From positions 32,001-96,000 of IMG/VR virus record IMGVR_UViG_3300023184_000045: a stretch of DNA of 64,000 nucleotides. One strand, 5' to 3'. The notes under the pieces are model-generated. The model ran no database searches, was not told the origin of the DNA, and was given only the letters and a program-made list of their open reading frames with translations. The stretch comes from a virus. The first letter of the stretch is position 1. Each line of letters starts with the position of its first letter. A program made the translations under genes and the position numbers. Of this stretch, positions 7,437 to 18,700 are shown one piece after another.

Positions 7437-10400
7437 CTAATAGAATCCGCCATCAATTGTTGCAGAAACATTGCCAACTGTTAGTGTTTTAGTAGTAGAA
7501 GCGTAAGTCATGTATTGATTGTCAGTTATAAACCCAGATGCGCCGGCAATTAGTACACGACCTTCAATTAAATGCGGATCCTTAAATTCATCTGCGGTAA
7601 CTGTACCAGTAAAATTACCAATGCCTTCCACTCTGATTGGCTTGCTAAATTCCCATGCATCGGTTGTATGAACGTAATTCATTGTTGCCGATCCATCGGT
7701 ACCTAAATTTAGAGTTATGCCGCCGCCACTGGATTGCTCGGCGTTTAGGGAGTCATTGCCTAATTCTATATTTAAATCTTTGATGCTAACTGTAGTTGCA
7801 TTTACTGTGGTTGTAGTACCTTGTACTGTTAAATTACCACCTATTAGCACATCACTTGTAGTTGTTATCGAATATGCACTAATATTGCCGTTGGCAACAA
7901 TGTCCTCCCCAACATAAACATTACCACCAATGCCAGCACCACCTACTACTTGTAAAGCACCAGACGTTGTACTAGTTGACGGATCTGTATTAGCTGTTAC
8001 TAGTTGCTCTGACCCCAAGAAAGTGCCAGCTGGTCCAACACTGCCTGTGTATCCAACACCTCGAGAACCGGCAAACCCAATTCCTGTAGGGCCAGTGGCG
8101 CCAGGTGGCCCTGACGCACCAATACTACCTGCATATCCTCTTAATCCAGTTGAGCCAGGAATTCCTTGTAATCCTTGTCCAGTTGCACCAGTTGGGCCGG
8201 TAGCGCCAGGTGTACCAGTAGGGCCAGTAGGGCCTACTGTTCCGGTATCTCCTTTAATACCGGCTGCACCCGAAAGATCAGTTGTGTAAACATAGCTGTT
8301 GCCAGTCCACAAGTATAGTCTAGAATCCTCTGCGTCATCAACGTTTCCAGTATCAATTATAGCAAATTGCCCAGGCACAATATCAATTGGGGTAGTATCT
8401 GCATCTAAATTAGATACTGAACTATAAGTTTTTGCAATTGAGAATCCTAATCCTGTTAAACCAGTGGCACCAGTTGGGCCGGTATCGCCAGTCTGGCCTG
8501 TTATACCCGTTGATCCCCTAGATCCTTGTGGTCCAGTTGCTCCTTGTAATCCAACTCCGGTTGCACCGCGTGGGCCAGTAAACCCAGTAGCACCAATTGG
8601 ACCAGTTGCGCCCCCTGGGTCTCCAGGAGAGCCGGTATTGCCTTGGCTGCCAGTGTAACCTATGCCGGTTGCACCAGTCGGTCCAGTTGCTCCTGTAGAC
8701 CCATAAAATCCAGTTGGACCAGTTGGACCAGTTGCTCCAGTTAAGCCAGTTGCTCCCAATATTCCTTGCAGTCCAGTTGCACCGGTTATACCCGAGATTC
8801 CAGTTGCACCTTGGGTACCATTTAACCCGTCGTTTCCTGAAATTCCAGTGGCGCCCCGGGGTCCAGCTACGCCAGTTGCTCCCTTTGGCCCAACTATACC
8901 AGTTGCTCCTTCCAATCCAGTGGCCCCATCTGGACCAATCGGCCCGGTTGCTCCAGGCGGGCCAGTGTCGCCAGTGACACCATCTGTTCCACTAATACCA
9001 GTTGCTCCAGTTAAGCCAGTTGACCCTATAATACCTTGTACACCGGTTGCGCCAACCGGGCCAATTTGGCCAGTGGCACCGGTGTTTCCAACTAATCCAG
9101 TAGCACCAATCAATCCTTGTGGCCCGATTACACCAGTTGCGCCTGGGATACCAGTAGCACCAAGCGGGCCAGCAACACCAGTTGCTCCTATACCAGTTGC
9201 CCCACGTGGACCAGTTAATCCTTGTGGCCCAGTTGCCCCGTCGGCGCCTGTTGCGCCTGCTACCCCTATAGCGCCAGTATCACCAATTGGACCAATTAGT
9301 CCTGTTGCACCAATTAGTCCAGTGTCTCCAGTGGCACCCTGGATACCAGTAGAACCTCTTGGCCCTGTTGCTCCTGGTGGGCCCGATGGGCCGACTAGTC
9401 CGGTTGCCCCTGGGATACCCGGGTCGCCGGTTAAGCCAGTTGCACCTAAAGAGCCAGTTGCACCTAAAGAGCCAGTTGCTCCAGTGGCTCCTATTCCTGT
9501 TGCACCGCGTAATCCTATTAATCCCTGTGGGCCAGTAGCACCGTCAACTCCGGTTGCTCCTGCCAATCCTTGTGGACCTGTTGCCCCTGTGATGCCAAGA
9601 GAACCAGTTGCACCGAGTAAACCAGTGGCACCTGTTTCGCCAGCACCGGTTGCCCCAATTGGTCCCGCTGGGCCTATTAGCCCGGTAGCACCGGCAACGC
9701 CGGTTGCACCTAAAATACCTTGTAGACCAGTGGCACCAGCCGGTCCAGTAATTCCAGTAGCACCACGAATACCAGTGGCACCAGTGGGACCCGGTGTACC
9801 AGCTGATCCTACTACTCCTGTTGCCCCCGGTGCACCGGTTGCGCCAATTGGTCCCATAACACCTGCGCCAGTTGCTCCATTTGCTCCAGTTGCACCTGTT
9901 AATCCTTGCAGTCCAGTTGCACCAATTTCTCCGTATAAAGTCCCATCTACGTGGCGTAATTGATCTGTATATATAGACCCTGCATATACATTGCCGCCAA
10001 TGCCTGCGCCTCCTGCAACAATCAGAGCACCTGTAATTGTACTAGTACTGTCTGTGCTATTGGATAATGTTAATGATCCAACATCAAATGTTCCTGCATT
10101 GCCTGTTATAACGCCACCTGCCGATGCTGTTCCATCAGAAATAAATTTCAAATGCCCAGTTGTATTGTCCCAGGCCAAAAATGCATATTTTTCTATTCCA
10201 TTGACTGATTTGTAATAATTAAACTCAATTCCGATATCTTTACCGTCGTCAACAGTTAGGGATGTACCATCAGTGTGTAAAATTATTAATGCATCATTTA
10301 TTGTTGTGTTTGTAGATTCAATAGTAGTCACATTGCCAGCTAATACTAGATTACCTGTTATTGTTAAATCCACAGTGGTTAGTGATGTTTGTACACCAAC

Positions 10401-10643
10401 TTGCGTAATATAAGGCTGCGATGCTGTTACTACTGTACCAGTTAATTGATCAGCAAATATATTATTTGCATATACATTGCCCGCAATGCCAACTCCCCCG
10501 GCTACTTTAACAGCACCAGTAGTGGTGCTGGTGCTTTCTGTAGTATTGGATACTCTGAATGTGGTTCCAAGTACCGTTGAAGTTACATTACTTGCTGTTC
10601 CAAGATTTTTTAATGGAGCAGGCTGTCGTAGATATCTAAACAT
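7437..10643 (-). CDS. Collagen triple-helix fibre protein (Thr-rich GATG repeats)
   Basis: About 570 aa of G-X-Y (mostly GAT-Gxx) at ~8030-9925, flanked by fibre modules ([21 protein letters not shown]; TGALxVxGGxGIGGNVY x3). Confidence 0.9.
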   Translation of the reverse strand: MFRYLRQPAPLKNLGTASNVTSTVLGTTFRVSNTTESTSTTTGAVKVAGGVGIAGNVYANNIFADQLTGTVVTASQPYITQVGVQTSLTTVDLTITGNLVLAGNVTTIESTNTTINDALIILHTDGTSLTVDDGKDIGIEFNYYKSVNGIEKYAFLAWDNTTGHLKFISDGTASAGGVITGNAGTFDVGSLTLSNSTDSTSTITGALIVAGGAGIGGNVYAGSIYTDQLRHVDGTLYGEIGATGLQGLTGATGANGATGAGVMGPIGATGAPGATGVVGSAGTPGPTGATGIRGATGITGPAGATGLQGILGATGVAGATGLIGPAGPIGATGAGETGATGLLGATGSLGITGATGPQGLAGATGVDGATGPQGLIGLRGATGIGATGATGSLGATGSLGATGLTGDPGIPGATGLVGPSGPPGATGPRGSTGIQGATGDTGLIGATGLIGPIGDTGAIGVAGATGADGATGPQGLTGPRGATGIGATGVAGPLGATGIPGATGVIGPQGLIGATGLVGNTGATGQIGPVGATGVQGIIGSTGLTGATGISGTDGVTGDTGPPGATGPIGPDGATGLEGATGIVGPKGATGVAGPRGATGISGNDGLNGTQGATGISGITGATGLQGILGATGLTGATGPTGPTGFYGSTGATGPTGATGIGYTGSQGNTGSPGDPGGATGPIGATGFTGPRGATGVGLQGATGPQGSRGSTGITGQTGDTGPTGATGLTGLGFSIAKTYSSVSNLDADTTPIDIVPGQFAIIDTGNVDDAEDSRLYLWTGNSYVYTTDLSGAAGIKGDTGTVGPTGPTGTPGATGPTGATGQGLQGIPGSTGLRGYAGSIGASGPPGATGPTGIGFAGSRGVGYTGSVGPAGTFLGSEQLVTANTDPSTSTTSGALQVVGGAGIGGNVYVGEDIVANGNISAYSITTTSDVLIGGNLTVQGTTTTVNATTVSIKDLNIELGNDSLNAEQSSGGGITLNLGTDGSATMNYVHTTDAWEFSKPIRVEGIGNFTGTVTADEFKDPHLIEGRVLIAGASGFITDNQYMTYASTTKTLTVGNVSATIDGGFY

Positions 10644-10650
10644 TTATGTT

Positions 10651-11007
10651 TTAACTCATTATTTCGTATGACATAACATACTGCAACACGCCAGCTGTTG
10701 TGGCAGAAACCCTTAACGAATCGCCTTCTTCAAGATATATGCTAGTATCTTTAGCAATAGCAACTAAAGAATCCCCCACTGGCACCGGAATAGCATTGCC
10801 AATTTTATAGCTTACCGAACTTCTGAATATATCAATGGTAACTTTGCTGTCAGACGCACTTAAATTAGTAACGTACATCACATTTATACGATATGATTGC
10901 GAACTATTAACCGAATTTGTTAATATCGCTGTGAGAGTATTAGGCACCCAATCGGCTTTGGTTTTACCAATAATAGATGTTGTAGTAATTAAATTAGGAG
11001 CTGCCAT
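10651..11007 (-). CDS. Small conserved virion protein (beta-sandwich type)
   Basis: 118-aa ORF with TAAATA at 11058-11063. It resembles the N-terminal domain of 34282-35616 (MYxxN...IYLEEGDSL vs MYFCN...LILGDGDGL). Confidence 0.7.
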   Translation of the reverse strand: MAAPNLITTTSIIGKTKADWVPNTLTAILTNSVNSSQSYRINVMYVTNLSASDSKVTIDIFRSSVSYKIGNAIPVPVGDSLVAIAKDTSIYLEEGDSLRVSATTAGVLQYVMSYEIMS

Positions 11008-11092
11008 TTAAAATCCAATTCAGTAGCAAGGAATAACATAAATCTTGTTCGATTATGTATTTATGTCCGTTGCCAACTACGCTGATCAAGTT

Positions 11093-14000
11093 TTAAGCTA
11101 ATCTAATATAAAAACCGCACCATTTATCCAGATATCTGAGTGTAGTAACATCATTGGCGGTACTAGCAGCATAATTGGAATAATACCCTTCGTTGTACAT
11201 TTCAATGGTAACTTGCTGCCCAGGAGCAGCCAATCCAGCATGCACTACTGCAACAGACATGTCAGAATCTGCTGTGTAAGGCTGGCTACCCCAAACAAGA
11301 TTGCCAGTTAAACTGCCTGTTACTGTAACATTAGGATACGGCCCGCAAATAGTTTCTTCTGTGCCAGGCGGTGGCGGGGGAGGAGCAGGTGGCTGTGGGG
11401 GCGGTGGCGGGGGGGGAGCAGGTGGCGGGGGAGGAGCAGGTGGTTCATATTTTGTAATTTTTATATCAGTTACATACAAACTTGCACCTAGCGCAGTTCC
11501 ACCAGAGAAGTCAAAACTTCCACTTACAAAAACAAATTTATAACGCCCAGTTTGTCCAGATCCTACAGTGTAGGTTATTTGTGCCCAAGCTGTGGTTGCA
11601 CCACCACTGTCACCTGTTTGATTGAGCAATTCAATTGTAGCACCTGTATCAACGTTAAGTAAATAGGCAAAAATATCGTAAGCATCATTGCCGCCTTGCG
11701 CTTTCCACCAGAAATATATAACATCGTCGGTAACTAAATCTACAGCAGTTTTTGTAACCAAATATGGGCCATGTATAATACCATAGCCAACTGTAGTGCC
11801 TGTGCTAAACAAGTGTATTGACTTGGCGGGTGCAGTGATACTAGACGGTAAATCAGTATCTAAAGTTGCACTAAATGTAAAGCCGCTAGGCACTTGATCG
11901 TCGCCAACACCAAATCCGCCCGATCCCTGAGGATGTTGAGTTGAATCAGTTGGTGTTGGATATCCTTCAATTGTAGATAGTCCGTCTAATTTTATCTGGC
12001 TATTAAAAACTTTCCATCCTGGGGTTGATAGTGTATTGTCTCCATTGTCTAATAGCGATCCTTGACTAAAATTACCATTATAAAAAGTAAATAGTACTTT
12101 AGCAATAAACCCGCCGGACCAGCTTAGTGTTACTTTTTTAGACATTGCAGGCGATGTCCAATGTGCCCAAATTGTAATTCGAGCGCCGACACCGCCTATG
12201 CCAGTGATAATGCCTTCACCATTTACAGTAGTAATAGTTAAATTTGTAGGTCCGTACGTAACCCCGTTAACAATCATTGTTGTGCCCGGGTCGTCAACAA
12301 ATAATTCATAAGAAGTGGCCGTGCCTCCGCCAGTCTGAGTATCATTTGCAACTACTTTAAAGTTTAGAACTTCATTAAATCCACCACCACCTACTAGGTA
12401 ACCATTAGTGTCAACTGTAATATTTAATCCGCTAACATGTGAATTTTGTTCACCGTCGGTATAATACGCAGACCATGGTCCTCTACCCGGCGGTGGTGGT
12501 GCGGGAGGGCTCCCCGACGTGTCATTGACCCTGACAGCAGTTGAACTTGCAACTATTGGCCCATTGGTTGACCCAGTTCTTAAATTAATAGTTATTGTTT
12601 CAGGGCCTTCAGTTGTGAAATCATTCACCAACCGCCGTTTTAAGTAGCCTGTGTTATCTTTAATGTATATTGACCCAGAATTTGCTTGATCATCAAAGTC
12701 TGCACTATTAGTAGTTCCTTCGTTAGTCCAATAAACTATCGAGTCATCTGGAACATTTATTGTTTTGATAACGTAATTAACACTTCTATTTTCATCCAAT
12801 GTACTAATTGCACTAAATGAATTGGTTTGTTCAAATAGATTTAAAATTAATCCATGATTTTGAGAAAACAAATTAACTGGAATTGAAATAATTTCGCCTG
12901 TTTCTTGAACTTGTACAATGTCCCCTGAATGATATGTCACTGTAGTATCACACCCGGCATTATTTAAATCAATGTAATAGCCACCATCTTTAAAATTCTG
13001 CCCATACCCCCCTCGGATGCTCGGTAACACACTTATTTTAGTTTCGTCGGCAAATATATCATTGGCCGCCCCTTCACCTAAGAATATGCTCATGTTTCCA
13101 GCTGGAACATCATATTTGTATTTTTGAGCATTGGTTACTGTGCCTGTATTTGATTTAGGAGCATATATAACATTGCCGTTTACTCTCCACTGTCCCGGCA
13201 CTGCTATGCTTACAGCAACCATACTTAAATTGTTTAATTTGGTTGTGTCCCAGTTAGCCCACTCCCATTTTGCATAAACGTCTGGTGGACCTACAGCTAA
13301 TGTACCTGGCACTTGGTTGATTGCTACTACATGCCCGGGGGAACTATAAGTTGCTGCATAGATTTGATTATCAAATACAGGTGCGTCTAACCAAATTGGT
13401 AAATCAAATGCATTGTGCGAAGTAACCCATGTTATTATAGTCCAGTAAGCAGCAGAAATAGATGTAGTATCAGCAGGTGGGGAAAATTTAAATGTAGTAG
13501 CATGACTAACTGGATTATTTTTACTAAATCTACTGTAAGTTCTAACGCGGTAGTTGTCGCCAGGATACACATCTGCCATATCATGGCCATCATCATCGTC
13601 TTGCTCCCAGAGCTTGGTAGTACTCGTACTTCTAACCAAACTTGTTTTATTCTTATACCACCAAGTCAATAAGTTTGAACTGTTATCAATTGTGCCACCT
13701 GTGTAAATTGAATAATATTGTTCTGCAGGTATTAGATTTGTTATAGTAACCGGTGTTGCTGTTGCAACAATTATCCCAGACTCTGACTCTGTTCGTAATA
13801 CTAAAATCAGTCTCTGGTCGGACTCTGGCACGTTAGCAGCTATTTTTCTAGTAATTGCACCAGCATTGTTGGTGATTGTAACCGACCCGCTGCTGGCAGA
13901 ATCTGCAAAATAAGAACTTGCTACATTTCCAAAATTACTCCAATATAATACAGTATTATTTTCTACATTAGTAGTATAAACGTTAAATGTAACTGTTCCA

Positions 14001-15676
14001 TTTTCATTGACTATCTGTGTATCGGGTCTGACAAAATATGTTCTTTGAGTCTTAGAAGTATCGTATACCACTACCGTATCTGCTAGTGCAACAACCGGGC
14101 CGGCTAACGATTTTGTTCTAAGTTCCATTATTATTGTTTCGGGACCTTCGTCTAAATGGTCTGCTACTGCCGTTTTAGAAAATGTAGCAGAATTATTTTG
14201 TATTACAACACTTCCATGCCCTGTGCCGGTTGTTAATGCCCAGCTAATGGCAGCATATCCGCTATCACCATCTGCCGACAAAAAATCTGAATATGTTCCG
14301 CCGTTGTCAGCATAAGTTTGTGAAAATTCCAATGGAACTTCAGGAATCAGATCTCTACCGTCTGACCCACTGTATGCCCCATTATCGCCAGCGGTGCTAT
14401 ATAAAGTTCCGCTATCTCCGCCTAACCACCCGCCACCACCGCCACCACTTCCTGGACCATCGGTTGGTGTAGCCACTCCGTTGTTACCACTGGTTGTTTC
14501 GCTTGAAACATAAAGCTGTTGAGGTTTGCCGCTGCCATTAACACTAGATCCTGCACCGCCGCCACCGCCGCCACCAGCAGCTACAATTTTAAGTGAGTTA
14601 TTAACCAACAGCAGTGATGCGCCACCGCCGCCGCCGCCGGATCCAGAACTCCCCCAAGGGCCACTTTTACCCCCAGTGCCCCCATTGTATCCAATGGTTG
14701 TTACAAATAAATTAAATGCAGCAATATTGCCAGACAAGGTTGACACCGAACCAACATAACTTCCCGGTTTATATACTGTGCTAGTAGGAAGTATAGAACT
14801 ATTGTAAACAACTTGTCCGTGTACTATTACCCAATATTGTTGTGCTGTAGTAGCATCTTGAGTTACTTCATCATTCAGAGTGTACCATCCATTGCCAATT
14901 GTTATTGCAGCAGGATCATTGGTTAGATTGGCAACTAAACTAGAATAATATGTTGCATCTGTTCCCTGGCCGCCTGCGCCGCCATTGGCGCTGGCATTAA
15001 AATACCCGCCTCCTCCACCACCACCTATGTAAAATCTAAGTGTGTCCCCAGGAGTCACCGGTAACGTACCAGTAACTCTATGTCCAGGATAACCTGAATA
15101 ACCAGGATAGCGATCGTTGCCCCCTGCGCCGCCACCTGCACCAGCAATGTCAATTTCAACACTGTCAACATCTGCAGGTACAACCCAGGCATACATCCCA
15201 GGAGTATCGTATGTTGCCGTTGATTGAATTCCAAAATCAGCTGCCGATGTAGTACCTATATTGTTCCAATATAAAACTGTATCATTTTTAACATTAGTTG
15301 TAGTAATTGTATACGTCAAAGTTTCAGATTCTTTTATATACAATTTGTCTGGTGCAATAGTATAAGTTGGCGGATCTAATACATATACAATTTTAGACAC
15401 TGTTGGTGTTATACCAACTAATGTTACAGTCAATGGCTCGTTGTCGTCTGGCAAATAATCGTTTTTAAGATTTAAAACTAATTGCAAGAATCCCGGTTCA
15501 ACAGGTCCAACTACAAACTCGCCTGATAAGCTAGTAGGCGGCTTTCCGTTAATTTGATCAAAATCATCTAATGTTATCCCAGCACCAGAAATTACGTAAG
15601 GTATTCTGGTGCCGTCGGGCTTATTGGTTTTTAATGTAAATATAACATTTTTTCCATTTTCAAAAATTTGGTTCAT
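11093..15676 (-). CDS. Multi-domain virion adhesin: about 4 Calx-beta/Ig-like repeats, Gly-rich domain, jelly-roll domain, Pro-rich linkers, C-terminal LCCL domain
   Basis: Repeated ...TxNVxxxTVLYWxNxGxxxxxxF...GSxxIxNNxxxxxxxxxxDxxxEGPETI...LRT units. Linker PAPPPPPAPPPPPPPQPPAPPPPPP. The C-terminus VWGSQPYTADSDMSVAVVHAG...YAASTANDVTT is the LCCL signature. Confidence 0.8.
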   Translation of the reverse strand: MNQIFENGKNVIFTLKTNKPDGTRIPYVISGAGITLDDFDQINGKPPTSLSGEFVVGPVEPGFLQLVLNLKNDYLPDDNEPLTVTLVGITPTVSKIVYVLDPPTYTIAPDKLYIKESETLTYTITTTNVKNDTVLYWNNIGTTSAADFGIQSTATYDTPGMYAWVVPADVDSVEIDIAGAGGGAGGNDRYPGYSGYPGHRVTGTLPVTPGDTLRFYIGGGGGGGYFNASANGGAGGQGTDATYYSSLVANLTNDPAAITIGNGWYTLNDEVTQDATTAQQYWVIVHGQVVYNSSILPTSTVYKPGSYVGSVSTLSGNIAAFNLFVTTIGYNGGTGGKSGPWGSSGSGGGGGGASLLLVNNSLKIVAAGGGGGGGAGSSVNGSGKPQQLYVSSETTSGNNGVATPTDGPGSGGGGGGWLGGDSGTLYSTAGDNGAYSGSDGRDLIPEVPLEFSQTYADNGGTYSDFLSADGDSGYAAISWALTTGTGHGSVVIQNNSATFSKTAVADHLDEGPETIIMELRTKSLAGPVVALADTVVVYDTSKTQRTYFVRPDTQIVNENGTVTFNVYTTNVENNTVLYWSNFGNVASSYFADSASSGSVTITNNAGAITRKIAANVPESDQRLILVLRTESESGIIVATATPVTITNLIPAEQYYSIYTGGTIDNSSNLLTWWYKNKTSLVRSTSTTKLWEQDDDDGHDMADVYPGDNYRVRTYSRFSKNNPVSHATTFKFSPPADTTSISAAYWTIITWVTSHNAFDLPIWLDAPVFDNQIYAATYSSPGHVVAINQVPGTLAVGPPDVYAKWEWANWDTTKLNNLSMVAVSIAVPGQWRVNGNVIYAPKSNTGTVTNAQKYKYDVPAGNMSIFLGEGAANDIFADETKISVLPSIRGGYGQNFKDGGYYIDLNNAGCDTTVTYHSGDIVQVQETGEIISIPVNLFSQNHGLILNLFEQTNSFSAISTLDENRSVNYVIKTINVPDDSIVYWTNEGTTNSADFDDQANSGSIYIKDNTGYLKRRLVNDFTTEGPETITINLRTGSTNGPIVASSTAVRVNDTSGSPPAPPPPGRGPWSAYYTDGEQNSHVSGLNITVDTNGYLVGGGGFNEVLNFKVVANDTQTGGGTATSYELFVDDPGTTMIVNGVTYGPTNLTITTVNGEGIITGIGGVGARITIWAHWTSPAMSKKVTLSWSGGFIAKVLFTFYNGNFSQGSLLDNGDNTLSTPGWKVFNSQIKLDGLSTIEGYPTPTDSTQHPQGSGGFGVGDDQVPSGFTFSATLDTDLPSSITAPAKSIHLFSTGTTVGYGIIHGPYLVTKTAVDLVTDDVIYFWWKAQGGNDAYDIFAYLLNVDTGATIELLNQTGDSGGATTAWAQITYTVGSGQTGRYKFVFVSGSFDFSGGTALGASLYVTDIKITKYEPPAPPPPPAPPPPPPPQPPAPPPPPPGTEETICGPYPNVTVTGSLTGNLVWGSQPYTADSDMSVAVVHAGLAAPGQQVTIEMYNEGYYSNYAASTANDVTTLRYLDKWCGFYIRLA

Positions 15677-15734
15677 ATTATATCACCATCAAAAATATTA
15701 ACGTCTAGATCGTATGTGTATGTAATCGCACCAA

Positions 15735-18700
15735 TTACATTATATAAACGCATTTAGGTGGACCTATTTGCCCAGTCTGAGTCATTAAAGTATATGTAAA
15801 ACTATCAAGCCCTTCATAATCGGGAAACGGCACATAGGCAAACTTTTTTCTATCACTTGTTATACGCACATATCCGTGTTGTGGTTGAGATATTACTATT
15901 GGCTCTGAATACTTACCAACACCAACTCTAACATTTAAAAAACTGTTATACAAGTTAATAGCTTTTGTATCAGTTGCATCTACGACCACTGGATTGTTAG
16001 TAACTTTAGCATATGTAGGTGCATCGGGACTACCAGGGGCCCATCTGCCACGAGTGAATCGTTGCGTAAAAGTATCATAGTTTTGTATATTATCAATATC
16101 AATTACAGTAGCATTAACCGACACGTCCGGAGATGTATCGCATATAACTGTTACTATTCCGTATACTTCTTTTTTAAAAATTATTTTATTATCAAATGTA
16201 ATATTAAAAGTTTCAAACGGCATAGCCGACGTTTTTTCAGTTGCATAATGATAATTCAGTATTCTGGTTCCGTTAACTGGCGGAACATTACCTACTATAT
16301 TATAAAACGTAGGATTTATCAGTGGCACTAAATTTCCTGTTATATCCAATGCCTTAGGTATTGGCGGAAATATATCTACAGCAAATGGTGTTCCGTCTGC
16401 TGCAATTTCAAAATTAATTTCGCAATACGAATTATACGAACTGCACACATCCATTTGTGCAAAATCGTCTATCATTTTAAGATTATTAACACCTCTAGTA
16501 TTCCATATTATGGCGCCTGCCGGATTTGTCACTGTTGCTGCTACACCATTAATTTTATATTCAATTTCTTTTACACTCGACGTTGCCCATATTCTATTTC
16601 CGCTAGCATCTTTAATCACAGCACCTATGCCTGCTTGCGCAATTATATTCGATGCTGTTATTTTAATTATCCATATGCTAGCTTCCATAAAACTAGAACT
16701 AATAAACGCATTTTGATAGTTGTCACTGATCTCGGTTTGATTAGTTTCAACTATTAGTTCAAAATCAGAACTTAAATTGTTTTTATTTTTTATATATAAA
16801 CTTCCTATGCCGTCGGCTGAAAACTCAAATGTATATGTTTCGCTGCGAGGGATTATAACTTCCCAAATATAATCACCGTTGCCGTCCCAAACTCCGTATT
16901 CAGTTATTAAAGTATTCCAATTGCTATTTGACACCTTAGTTGCAGGATAATATTCTTTTGATTTAATCAATCTATTATAATCTGCTGCAAATATTTTAAT
17001 TTTATACCAACCACAATTATCAATATAATATGCAGTTGAATTAACAGTACTGTACTGGTCGTTAGGGGATCCAACTGTTTTAATAATTTCTATATTTCTT
17101 GCCTGCCCCGAAATTCCAGAACTTGACTGTAATTGTAAATTTGCTGTGCTATCTGCAGATATTGAAAAAACATATGTATCTGCTTTGGGTATAAACAAGT
17201 CCCATTCATAATATTTGTAATTCCATTTTAAACTAGATGTAATATTCTCAATTGTAAAATTAACCGAATCCATACCTGTTAATTGATCGCCTACCGCAAA
17301 TACTAAAATAGAAGTGCTAGTAAAAGTGTCAGGAACAACTAAAGTACCAACTTGAGAATCGCTATTTCTGCCAGATGTTGAATATATATGATGATATAGT
17401 GTTTCTGTCAGTGGCAACGTTACTCCTAGGGCAACATCCCATATCCAATATCCAATCCTAAAATAGTATTCAGCGTTAAACTCACATGCCCAAGGAATGT
17501 AATCACCAGATTCAACTATTCGCATTTGATTAATTGGTGTTGTAATTCCAAACTTCAATAAGTCAGCCGCAGTAACATTGTATCCAACTAATACTATATC
17601 TTCTGTAGAAGCAGCTCCTGTTACAGGAGTTAAATTTTTAATTAATGGAATAATTCCATTGTTAAATTCTATGTTAGTCCAAATACTTTCAGCGGGCGTT
17701 GTGATCATATCATTTGTAATGTCGCCGGACGTTTTGGCTACATTCCAAATACTAAAATGTGTAAGGTAGCCAGAGAATTGTGTTGTTGCATCTAGTTTTT
17801 TATTTCCTATTATTAAAGGGTTTGCACTAGCTTCGGATGTACGCACAATGTCGGATATTGTATCAATCAGGACTCCGTCAATATAAACTCTCAGGGTAGT
17901 GCCATTTTCTATTACCACTGATAAAAATGTGTTAACATTTGGGTAAATAGTTGCAGTACTATAATACCAAAATTCATCAATAGCATTGATTCCCCAATCT
18001 ATAGCAACTGAAATTTTTCCATTTGCCTCAATATAAATTTCGTATTCGTTATTTTTACTTGCAATTACTCCGCCTTTTGTTGATGTTCTATGCACCCAAG
18101 TTTGTATAGTGTAAGAACCAGTAGGATTAAAAGACAAATTAATCTTAGGCGAACTATCAACTGTAACAAAACCAACAGTGTTATTTGTACCAAATTTTAT
18201 TGCCATCTCGGATCTGTTAGGTGGTACAGCAAATGTAACATTATTTGATATAGTAACAGTTGCAGTAGGCTCGATTAAATCTATTAGATTATCGGCTGCA
18301 CTATTTACTTCTAACTGTAATAGTGGACCCAAAGTTGTTATTGTTAGTGTCCCCGATGCTACGCCACTTGTACTGCCACCATCTAATATTCCAGTTTTAA
18401 TTGTATACGTATTTTCAAAAATTCCTGATATGTTGCTTTCCCACACACTATACGTATTCAATAAAGTAGACCAATTTGGTGTTGTGGTTGTTACTATCTG
18501 GTATTGGTTGGCTCGTTCTCTATGGTTTGTTCCTACAATACCAACATTATTGTTATGCAAAATTGTGTTTTGATCAGTCGCATCATTGCATCCGCCGTAT
18601 GCTTCAATTCCGTTACCTTTTCCACACCCTGGAATTCCTACCAGGATATACGATGATCTAATTTTAAACAACGTAGATTCAAAAATTTCTTCGCTTGCAC

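Noticed and set aside
8848-9963. 371-aa Pro/Val/Ala-rich plus-strand ORF and many similar short ORFs (e.g. 2412-2735, 20293-20877, 58408-58956)
   Set aside because: Antisense shadows of Gly- or repeat-rich genes on the other strand; no SD, promoter or family motifs.
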